From positions 1,060,727 to 1,124,726 of the forward strand of contig JAGWFT010000001.1 in assembly GCA_028867755.1 (NCBI GenBank): 64,000 nucleotides of DNA. Direction: 5' to 3'. Below, piece by piece: positions 50,655 to 58,656 of the stretch. Below the pieces are notes generated by a model, which did no database searches, was not told where the DNA came from, and was given only the letters and a program-made list of their open reading frames with translations. This stretch comes from Nitrososphaerota archaeon (GTDB taxonomy: Archaea; Thermoproteota; Nitrososphaeria; Nitrososphaerales; Nitrosopumilaceae). Made by a program: the position numbers and the translations under genes. Positions within the stretch are counted from its first letter, which is position 1. Each line of letters begins with the position of its first letter.

Positions 50655-50810
50655 GTGAAATACCCCAGATGTTGCAATAAGGAACCAGAATATTTGATTA
50701 CATATGATTGTGGCCCAGATCCACAAGAGACCATGCTTGTATGCAAAGAACATTTCAAAGAAGAACCATTCCAGAGATTTGCAGTCAAGATAGAAAAACT
50801 GCGTGGGTAG
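50655..50810 (+). CDS. 51-aa Cys/His micro-protein (GTG start; not in ORF track)
   Basis: MKYPRCCNKEPEYLITYDCGPDPQETMLVCKEHFKEEPFQRFAVKIEKLRG*. Confidence 0.6.
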   Translation: MKYPRCCNKEPEYLITYDCGPDPQETMLVCKEHFKEEPFQRFAVKIEKLRG

Positions 50811-50842
50811 ACTTAATAATTCGAGCTAAAAAGTTGCATTAA

Positions 50843-52021
50843 ATGAAATATGTTGTCGTATCTTTATTTATCGTTACAGCTCTGATTAGTTCGATTACAA
50901 GCGTCTATGCACAACAGCCCCAGCTTGCAACATACAGAGAAACGGCACATGTGCTTGTAGATGATGTTTCTCAGAATCGAACTTCTGCCTTCATAACATT
51001 ATCCACTGACAGTAATCTAGAAATGCAAGTCCCAACATCTCTTGATAAAGAAATACACGATGCCCAAAATGTCACATCTGTTGACATAACAAATGTACCA
51101 AACTGTGTTTTAGGTGTACCGAGTAATGTAGGCTGTGTGGTAATAACAATGATAAATCCTTCATTGGTAGAATCACATGATATAGGAAAGATACAAGCTA
51201 ACGGACAAAAAGTTGGTGATTCAATTATAAAAGAAATAAACAAAGAGTTTAGTCTTGATTCTCAACTTTGGCAAGTTTATGTCAGACCTACACCTAAAAC
51301 AGAATTAAGTGCAACTCCCGGAACTTCTAACTCTTCTGCAAATATTTCAATTAATGCAGTATACACATTTTCGACTACCAAGACAGATTATCTGTTTGAT
51401 GACTTTTCTTCGGTGCTTTTAGCTAAACAGATTTCACATGCTGGAGGGTTTTATGATGTTGCAAAGACAATGGCAAGTAACAATGATTCAAGTATAACAT
51501 TTGCAATAATTCCTCAAAACAATACCTCACTTTATCAACTACAGGTTGCAAGATACTTTTCCTTGAATGAAACACTGCCCATCATAAAGCCCTTACAATT
51601 GTTTGGCATTAATCAATTAATTAGATCATCATATTTTGACGTTGGTTTCTTCCCTCTCAACTCGCTTCTAGATGTAACAATATTATCAAAACATGATTTA
51701 ACAATAACAAACCACGGAGGAGAACTTGTACCAACTACTATAAGAAACGGTCAACAAATACCAACTGTTCTTTCACAACCTGGCTGGATTTTTGACCCTG
51801 GTTCAGGAAAAAGCATTTTTGCAGTGTATCTCTTTGGAACAAACACGACAGCATCAAATGATGAGCTAACATTAACCATAGGTAACTCAACTGGACAAGT
51901 AGGTCCAACTCAAGGCACAGCAGCTACAAGTCAGTCAGGAACTGACTACTCAACGTATGCACTAATCGGAATTGTAATTGCAGGTGGCGCTGCAGTTTAT
52001 CTTTTCATTAAAAGAAAATAA
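50843..52021 (+). CDS. Exported hypothetical protein with C-terminal TM anchor
   Basis: Signal peptide, Cys pair NCVLG...GC, C-terminal TM + KRK. Confidence 0.75.
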   Translation: MKYVVVSLFIVTALISSITSVYAQQPQLATYRETAHVLVDDVSQNRTSAFITLSTDSNLEMQVPTSLDKEIHDAQNVTSVDITNVPNCVLGVPSNVGCVVITMINPSLVESHDIGKIQANGQKVGDSIIKEINKEFSLDSQLWQVYVRPTPKTELSATPGTSNSSANISINAVYTFSTTKTDYLFDDFSSVLLAKQISHAGGFYDVAKTMASNNDSSITFAIIPQNNTSLYQLQVARYFSLNETLPIIKPLQLFGINQLIRSSYFDVGFFPLNSLLDVTILSKHDLTITNHGGELVPTTIRNGQQIPTVLSQPGWIFDPGSGKSIFAVYLFGTNTTASNDELTLTIGNSTGQVGPTQGTAATSQSGTDYSTYALIGIVIAGGAAVYLFIKRK

Positions 52022-52022
52022 T

Positions 52023-52592
52023 CTAAAGTATCAAAACTGCGGCTGCAAATACAGTAGTCCATCTTCCGTGTGGGTCTCCAATAGCACTTTGAGTGATGTT
52101 TCTTGTTTTGTATATTTGGTTTGATATTTTCCACTGTTGTTTTTTCTCATCCCAGCTCTTGTTTACATCAAATTCTATTCCTAATGAAGATGCCAGCATC
52201 TGAGCAGCAATATCTTCAGCATACTCACCGGCTTCTTTTTCAGTCTCACCAAAGGAATGATACTCAGAAAGATAACCGTACTTTGTTTTGTCTTTTGGTT
52301 CTGCAATTCCTACTGATGAAGCAATAAGTCTGTGAGGCTCATTAGTATCATTTCTTGCATAAATTACAAATTGTATACTTCCAGGCCTTATCAATTTAAG
52401 ACCTTCAGCTTTTGAGATCAGTTTTGCACCAGGTGGAAAAATGCTAGAAATTAGAACAATGTTAGTGCCTGCAATTCCAGCATCACGAAGAGCATATTCA
52501 AAGCTTGTCAGTCTATCTTGATGTACACCCTTACCTCTGGTAAGAAATAGTTTTTTTGCAACAAGATCAAGCACATTCCATTCTAATTCCAC
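52023..52592 (-). CDS. pdaD: Pyruvoyl-dependent arginine decarboxylase
   Basis: LTSFEYALRDAGIA..NIVLISSIFPP (Ser-Ser self-cleavage site), YGYLSEYH. Confidence 0.9.
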   Translation of the reverse strand: MELEWNVLDLVAKKLFLTRGKGVHQDRLTSFEYALRDAGIAGTNIVLISSIFPPGAKLISKAEGLKLIRPGSIQFVIYARNDTNEPHRLIASSVGIAEPKDKTKYGYLSEYHSFGETEKEAGEYAEDIAAQMLASSLGIEFDVNKSWDEKKQQWKISNQIYKTRNITQSAIGDPHGRWTTVFAAAVLIL

Positions 52593-52624
52593 ATCTTTAA
52601 AAATTTATTGAAAATAAGGAAAAA

Positions 52625-53083
52625 TTAGTTCAAAGACTGTAATGCCTGGATAATTTCTTGTCCATGAGATTCGACGTTAACATCTCGAAATATCTTGGCA
52701 ATTTTTCCATCTTTATCTATGACAAATGTAGAACGTTTTGCAAGTCCAGCCAAGTTCAGCCCTGCGTAGATCTTACATGTAGATTTCGCAGTATCGCTCA
52801 GATGTAGGTAAGGAACCTTGTACTCATTAACGAACTTTTTCTGGTCATCAATTGTATCTACAGATATTGCAAAAAGCTCGGCATTTTGTTCCACGATTTT
52901 AGGATAAGCCCTTATAGTGGTTTCTGCCATCTGGAAAATTTTTTTTGACGGACATGCAAAGAGGTGGTTTTTTGGATAAAAACACAGTACGACATTTTTT
53001 CTTCCTCTAAAAGAGCCAAGTTTTATGGTATTTCCGTCATTTGCAACAAGTTCGAAATCAGGTGCAGCGTCCCCTTCTTTCAT
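52625..53083 (-). CDS. BCP/PrxQ-like peroxiredoxin with atypical active-site loop
   Basis: [38 protein letters not shown]. Confidence 0.8.
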   Translation of the reverse strand: MKEGDAAPDFELVANDGNTIKLGSFRGRKNVVLCFYPKNHLFACPSKKIFQMAETTIRAYPKIVEQNAELFAISVDTIDDQKKFVNEYKVPYLHLSDTAKSTCKIYAGLNLAGLAKRSTFVIDKDGKIAKIFRDVNVESHGQEIIQALQSLN

Positions 53084-53140
53084 GTAATAGTTTCACGCCA
53101 TGGGTTTATGACTATTTTGGATTTAGACAAATATGTGCGA

Positions 53141-53698
53141 TTAGATGAGATATGACTTTTTGAAGGTCTTTTGATAAAGTTTTACAGAGTTAATCACGAC
53201 CTTTTTTGCACTTGCGGCATTCTTCCAGCCCACAATCTCAACTTTTTTTCCTTCTAGTTGTTTGTAAACCTGAAAAAAGTGAGCTATTTCTTTTAGATGA
53301 TGTTTTTCTAGATCTCCGATGTCTTTTAGACTTGCATATCTTGGATCATCTTTTGCTACACAGAGAATCTTACTATCCATTTTGTTTGAGTCCTTCATTC
53401 TTAGCAAACCAATTGGTCTTGCCTCTATTAGAATTCCTGGAAAAGTAGGATTTGTAACCAAAACCAACGCATCTAATGGGTCGCCATCTTCAGCATAGGT
53501 CTGTGGAATTATTCCATAATCTCCAGGATAATACAGTGGAGAAAAAAGAACCCTGTCTAGTTTGATAATGTTATTTTTTTTATCATACTCATACTTGTTT
53601 TGAGAACCTTTTGGTATCTCGACTATCACATTCAAAATTGATGGTACTTTTGAGCCTGTTTCAATATCATGCCACAAATCCATAATGATTACTGTCAC
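53141..53698 (-). CDS. ppa: Family I inorganic pyrophosphatase (start probably MDLWHD at 53683)
   Basis: VEIPKGSQNKYEY, YPGDYG, DGDPLD, HFFQVYK. Confidence 0.95.
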   Translation of the reverse strand: MTVIIMDLWHDIETGSKVPSILNVIVEIPKGSQNKYEYDKKNNIIKLDRVLFSPLYYPGDYGIIPQTYAEDGDPLDALVLVTNPTFPGILIEARPIGLLRMKDSNKMDSKILCVAKDDPRYASLKDIGDLEKHHLKEIAHFFQVYKQLEGKKVEIVGWKNAASAKKVVINSVKLYQKTFKKSYLI

Positions 53699-53899
53699 AA
53701 AAAAAGCCTAATTTAATTGCCATCTAGTAATAAGATATCTTACATTACCAATGTTTTTTGATTTTTTAATCCATGGGTGTTATTTTCACTCAATAGATCT
53801 TAAATTCAAGATAAAATAGATCATCTTTTAAAAAACATTCAAATAATTACGGAATCTTAAATCAGAGAATACAAATAAGAAAGGATTCAGGATTATAAC

Positions 53900-54940
53900 A
53901 TGAAAGCAGCTTATGTAAAAGGGCCATCAAATGTAGAGATCAAAAATGTCGAAAGACCACAAGTCGGAAGTAGCGACGTCATAGTGACAATGAAGGCATG
54001 TGGGGTATGCGGATCAGACCTGGAAAAAATTTACGGGCAGTACAGTCAGCCATCCATGAGACTGGGCCACGAGCCATCTGGAACAATATCTCAAGTGGGA
54101 ACCAATGTAAAAGAATTCAAGAAAGGAGACAGAGTTTTTGTCCATCATCACGTACCATGTTACTCGTGCCACTTTTGTACGCACGGAAATGAGACAATGT
54201 GCCAGAAATATTCCGAGACAAATCTTAGTCCATGCGGTCTTGCCGAGGAATTTCTTGTCCCTGATTGGAACGTCTCCCACGGAGGAGTAATAAAATTACC
54301 AGATCACATAAGCTTTGAAGAGGCGTCCATGATAGAGCCCCTTGCATGTTGCATTAGAGCATGGAACAAAGTCAAGTTCAAACATGGAGACTCGGTTGCA
54401 ATTCTTGGGGCGGGCCCAACAGGTATGATGCATGTAATGCTAAGCAAAACTTTTGGAATAAAAGACATCTTCTGTTTTGACATAAACAATTTCCGACTAG
54501 ACTTTGCCAAAAAACTTGGAATAACGGATGCTATCCATTCTACCGACCCAGAAGCACATCAAAAAATTCTTGCCGGAACTGAAAATAGAGGAGTAGATAT
54601 AGCAATAGTGGCCACTGGAAGTCTTGGTGCAATTTCACAGTCAATTGACATAGTTAGAAAAGGCGGAACAGTAGTTCTTTTTGGCGTACCTTCAAAAGAT
54701 GCAAAAATGCCTATTGATGTTAGTAAAGTGTACTCAAAAGAGATAACTATAACACCAAGCTATGCTGCATCCGAAATCGATACAAATTCTGCGCTCAAAC
54801 TAATAGAAGAAAAAATAGATGTGAACAGATTGATTACACATAGGTTTGATCTTTCTGAATCTGCAAAAGCACTAGAATACGCTCATCAAGGAAACGATTC
54901 AATGAAGATAGTTGTAACAAATTCAGAAAGGCTTAACTAA
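53900..54940 (+). CDS. Zn-dependent MDR alcohol/polyol dehydrogenase
   Basis: CGSD, GHE, structural Zn CYSCHFC...C, EPLAC, GAGPTG, LITHRF. Confidence 0.9.
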   Translation: MKAAYVKGPSNVEIKNVERPQVGSSDVIVTMKACGVCGSDLEKIYGQYSQPSMRLGHEPSGTISQVGTNVKEFKKGDRVFVHHHVPCYSCHFCTHGNETMCQKYSETNLSPCGLAEEFLVPDWNVSHGGVIKLPDHISFEEASMIEPLACCIRAWNKVKFKHGDSVAILGAGPTGMMHVMLSKTFGIKDIFCFDINNFRLDFAKKLGITDAIHSTDPEAHQKILAGTENRGVDIAIVATGSLGAISQSIDIVRKGGTVVLFGVPSKDAKMPIDVSKVYSKEITITPSYAASEIDTNSALKLIEEKIDVNRLITHRFDLSESAKALEYAHQGNDSMKIVVTNSERLN

Positions 54941-54962
54941 GGCAAATTTTTTGGAAGAAGAT

Positions 54963-55817
54963 ATGGATTGGGGATTAAAAAATCGACTTGCACGCATAAT
55001 AAAACATCATGATAACCGAGGAGTAATGCTTGCTGTAGACCATGGCTATTTCCTAGGACCTACAGAAAGATTAGAAAATCCAAGAAAGACGATTGCGCCT
55101 TTGTTGCCTCATGCTGACTCATTAATGCTTACACGTGGGGTTTTGAGAACATCGGTAGATGCGTCATATCCTATTCCTGTAGTGCTTAGAGTTTCAGGTG
55201 GCTCTAGCATAATTGGCAAAGACCTCTCAAACGAAAAAATAACCACATCAATAAAGGAGGCAATTAGATTAAACGTGTCAGCACTTGCAATGTCAATATT
55301 TGTAGGCGCGTCTCATGAGCACGAATCACTTGTAAGCCTTGGCAATCTAGTAAACGAAGGCGAGGAATATGGAATACCAGTTCTTGCTGTCACAGCAGTA
55401 GGAAAGGAATTGGAAAAACGAGACGCAAGATACTTGGGTCTAGCATGCAGAATAGCTGCTGAATTTGGCGCACACCTAGTAAAAACATACTATTGTGAGA
55501 ATTTTGAAAAAGTTGTAAACGCTTGTCCTGTACCAGTCATAATTGCAGGAGGCCCAAAACTAGCAACAGAGTTAGATGCGTTAAAACTTACCTACGATGC
55601 AATCCATTCAGGTGCTGCTGGAGTAGACATGGGAAGAAACATTTGGCAATCAGATCATCCAGTTGCAATGCTCAAAGCTGTCAAAGCTATAGTACACCAG
55701 AATTTAACAGTAAAAGAAGCCTATGAGATATTCAACAAGCTAAAACATGTTGAAAAACCAGCAGCAGCAACAAAGCCTGCCACTAAATCTGGCCAGAAAT
55801 CTAGTCGGAAATCTTAG
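54963..55817 (+). CDS. lsrF: LsrF-like class I aldolase/thiolase
   Basis: MDWGLKNRL, MLAVDHGYFLGPT, LMLTRGVLR, VKTYY, CPVPVIIAGG, GVDMGRNIWQSDHPVAM match the recalled E. coli LsrF sequence closely. Confidence 0.8.
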   Translation: MDWGLKNRLARIIKHHDNRGVMLAVDHGYFLGPTERLENPRKTIAPLLPHADSLMLTRGVLRTSVDASYPIPVVLRVSGGSSIIGKDLSNEKITTSIKEAIRLNVSALAMSIFVGASHEHESLVSLGNLVNEGEEYGIPVLAVTAVGKELEKRDARYLGLACRIAAEFGAHLVKTYYCENFEKVVNACPVPVIIAGGPKLATELDALKLTYDAIHSGAAGVDMGRNIWQSDHPVAMLKAVKAIVHQNLTVKEAYEIFNKLKHVEKPAAATKPATKSGQKSSRKS

Positions 55818-56292
55818 ACAGATGCACGTGTACAATCTTCCATTTTTGGGACTTTACTAAAACAAATGTTCCTCGGCTTTCCATTGAAAGATGCTGGCCT
55901 CGAAAGCTATAGTTATCAACAATCATTCCAGTTTGTCTTATAACAAAAGTTACCACTGCGCAATTCTCAAATATGTCTACACGTGTATTTTTAATTTCAT
56001 GTTCATAATCAGATATACTAACAAACCTTAGCTGTTGTAATGCAATGGTAGTAGCATAGTCTTTCAAGTCAAAAGGCGGAACATCACTATAACTTGAAAA
56101 TCTAGGATCATCAAGTTGGATTGCACTTAGTGGTGCCAAGTTCTTTGTCTTTCCAGCGTTGAAGAAAGTTGCAACTATATCAATTATCTCGTCTTTATCG
56201 CCCAAAATCGATATGGTTTGAGATAATTCTAGTTTAAGTCTTGTGAAACGTAGACCAAATCTGTCACTAGTGTTGAAATATTCATGAGGCAA
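55801..56292 (-). CDS. NTF2/SnoaL-like (DUF4440-type) protein; start uncertain
   Basis: RGTFVLVK..KWKIVHVHLS C-terminus. Confidence 0.75.
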   Translation of the reverse strand: MPHEYFNTSDRFGLRFTRLKLELSQTISILGDKDEIIDIVATFFNAGKTKNLAPLSAIQLDDPRFSSYSDVPPFDLKDYATTIALQQLRFVSISDYEHEIKNTRVDIFENCAVVTFVIRQTGMIVDNYSFRGQHLSMESRGTFVLVKSQKWKIVHVHLSKISD

Positions 56293-56373
56293 TAATGGTA
56301 TTTTTGATAATTTTATTCGTTTTCACTAGCAATATTTATAAATTATTTCAGAGGGAAAAATCATAGACTAAAA

Positions 56374-56436
56374 ATGAAGTTAGGAGGTTCGGCAAGCATT
56401 TCTTGTATTCTGCTGCTAGTCGACCTTCTGCTGTAG
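56374..56436 (+). CDS. Putative ilv-leu leader peptide MKLGGSASISCILLLVDLLL*
   Basis: 20 codons, of which 7 Leu, 2 Ile, 1 Val; 8 of the last 9 are branched-chain; located between a TATA-like box (TTTATAAA 56335-56342) and ilvB. Confidence 0.65.
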   Translation: MKLGGSASISCILLLVDLLL

Positions 56437-56453
56437 ATTACAGCAAAGTTTTT
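56382..56453 (+). promoter_or_regulatory. Attenuator-like RNA: long hairpin 56382-56429 overlapping a terminator-like hairpin 56425-56448 plus U5
   Basis: AGGAGGUUCGGCAAGCA pairs with UGCUAGUCGACCUUCU (15 bp); CUUCUGCUGUA-GAU-UACAGCAAAG then UUUUU; TTCTGCTG repeated at 56408 and 56426. Confidence 0.6.
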
Positions 56454-56466
56454 GGAGTTAAAAATT

Positions 56467-58155
56467 ATGGAAAAAATGTCAGGTGCTAGGTCTTTAATGG
56501 TTGCCCTCGAGAAAGAGGGTGCAAACATAGTCTTCGGACTACCCGGAGGCGCAAATCTTCCAATTTATGATGAGCTTTACAAAAGCAACATCAGACATAT
56601 TCTTGTCAGACACGAGCAGTCTGCATCACACATGGCAGACGGTTTTGGAAGAGTCAGCAGAAGACCTGGAGTATGTTTTGCAACTTCAGGTCCTGGAGCA
56701 ACTAATATCGTAACGGGAATTGCTACTGCACAGGCAGATTCTGCCCCGATGATTGCAGTTACTGGACAAGTACCTACAAAAATGATTGGAAAAGATGCAT
56801 TTCAAGAAAGCGATATCATCGGAATTACAAACCCCATAGTAAAATATGCATTTCAGCCCATGACTGCAGCAGAAATCCCCGAAGTGGTAAAAAAAGCATT
56901 TTACATTTCATCTACAGGTAGACCTGGCCCTGTGCTAATTGATATTCCAAAAGATGTTCAACAAAATGAAGCTGAGATGGTATTTCCTTCAGAAGTAAAA
57001 ATAAGAGGATACCATCCATGGGTAGACCCAGACATTCGAGAAATTGAGCGAGCAATAAACATGCTACTTGCTGCTGAAAAACCAGTAATCTTGGCAGGTG
57101 GTGGTGTAATAATTTCTGGAGCCTTTGCAGAGCTCCAGTCAATAGCAGAATTATTAATGATTCCAGTAGTAACAACATTCAAAGGAAAAGGCTCATTTCC
57201 AGAAAATCATCCTCTTTCCCTAGGACCAATAGGAATGCACGGACATGCAGAAGCCAACAAGATCATGGTCGAAGCTGACTGCGTACTTGCATGTGGTTCT
57301 AGATTTTCAGATAGGTCTGTAGGAACATTTGAAGAATTTGAAAGAAATCTCAAGATAATACACATGGATGTAGACCCAGCTGAGATAGGAAAAAACCAAA
57401 CTACTCACATAGCAGTAGTGGGCGACATCAAGGCCTCGCTTAGAATAATGGTAAAAATGTTAATCCAAAAGGCCACCAAGCGACCTGGAGATAATCCATG
57501 GTTAAAGCGTGTGAACGAGACTAGAGAGTACTTTAGACAAAATCTAAAGCTTCATTCTCACCCATTGGGGGCAGCAAAGGTTCTAAGAAAATTAAGAGAG
57601 GTGCTCCCACCACAATCAATTGTAACAACCGAAGTAGGACAACATCAAATGTGGGCGTCATTATTTTTTGACGTTATACATCCAGGGACATTTTTTAGCT
57701 CCACTGGTCTTGGCACAATGGGTTGGGGTTTTCCTGCTGCGATTGGCGCCAAAGCTGCCAAGCCAGAAGTTCCAGTAGTAGACATAGCAGGAGAGGGAAG
57801 TTTTAACATGACTGAGAACTCACTTGCAGTTTCAGTATTAGATGACTTGCCTGTGATAGTATTTTTGTTAAACAACTTTTCACTTGGAATGGTTGCCCAG
57901 TGGCAGAGGACATTTTATGACAGACGCATGATAGGAATAGATCTCAAGAATTGCCCAGACTATGTCAAATTAGCCGAGTCTTACGGAGCCCAAGGCATAA
58001 GAGCACAGAGCATAGACGAGATTGGAAAGGCAGTTCAAACTGCACTAAAAAGCAACATAGCCACAGTAATTGACATTCCAATCGACCCTCAAGAAGATGT
58101 CTTGCCATTTGTGGCCCCTGGAACATCACTCAAGGAAATGATATTGCCATCATAA
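56467..58155 (+). CDS. ilvB: Acetolactate synthase large subunit (start ATG 56467, GGAG at 56454-56457)
   Basis: FGLPGGA, RHEQ, TSGPGATN, GPVLIDIPKD, GLGTMGWG, ThDP motif GEGS...NN. Confidence 0.95.
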   Translation: MEKMSGARSLMVALEKEGANIVFGLPGGANLPIYDELYKSNIRHILVRHEQSASHMADGFGRVSRRPGVCFATSGPGATNIVTGIATAQADSAPMIAVTGQVPTKMIGKDAFQESDIIGITNPIVKYAFQPMTAAEIPEVVKKAFYISSTGRPGPVLIDIPKDVQQNEAEMVFPSEVKIRGYHPWVDPDIREIERAINMLLAAEKPVILAGGGVIISGAFAELQSIAELLMIPVVTTFKGKGSFPENHPLSLGPIGMHGHAEANKIMVEADCVLACGSRFSDRSVGTFEEFERNLKIIHMDVDPAEIGKNQTTHIAVVGDIKASLRIMVKMLIQKATKRPGDNPWLKRVNETREYFRQNLKLHSHPLGAAKVLRKLREVLPPQSIVTTEVGQHQMWASLFFDVIHPGTFFSSTGLGTMGWGFPAAIGAKAAKPEVPVVDIAGEGSFNMTENSLAVSVLDDLPVIVFLLNNFSLGMVAQWQRTFYDRRMIGIDLKNCPDYVKLAESYGAQGIRAQSIDEIGKAVQTALKSNIATVIDIPIDPQEDVLPFVAPGTSLKEMILPS

Positions 58156-58164
58156 GGTATATTC

Positions 58165-58656
58165 ATGTGGTCCATAATTTCCGTACTTGTAGAAAATAAA
58201 CCTGGAGTGTTATTCAAGGTTACACATCTCTTCAGATCAAGAAATTACAACATAGATAGCATATCGGTTGGCATAACAGAAAATCCAGAATTTTCTAGAA
58301 TGACGATTACAACATCTGCTGACGAGAAACAACTCAACCAGATAATCAAACAACTCGATAAAATGATAGATACGGTAGAAGTAAAATTATTAGATGAGAA
58401 GAAGAGCATATACCGTGAGCTAGTACTAATGAAGATAAAAATAACAAAACCATCAGACATAATGGAGATAACTGATCTTGCAAACGCCTTCAAGTGTAAT
58501 GTACACGACGTAAGAAAGTCATCAATCATCGTGGAGATAACAGCAACACCCGACAGGATCAGTGCATTTGAAGATCTAGTCAGAGGATACGGTATACTTG
58601 AGATAACAAGAACCGGACTTTGTTCACTAGAGCGAGGAGTTGGAAATGAAAGTTAG
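58165..58656 (+). CDS. ilvH: Acetolactate synthase regulatory subunit
   Basis: VENKPGVL, RNYNIDSI, SRMTI, KQLDKMID, RELVL, EITRTG. Confidence 0.92.
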   Translation: MWSIISVLVENKPGVLFKVTHLFRSRNYNIDSISVGITENPEFSRMTITTSADEKQLNQIIKQLDKMIDTVEVKLLDEKKSIYRELVLMKIKITKPSDIMEITDLANAFKCNVHDVRKSSIIVEITATPDRISAFEDLVRGYGILEITRTGLCSLERGVGNES

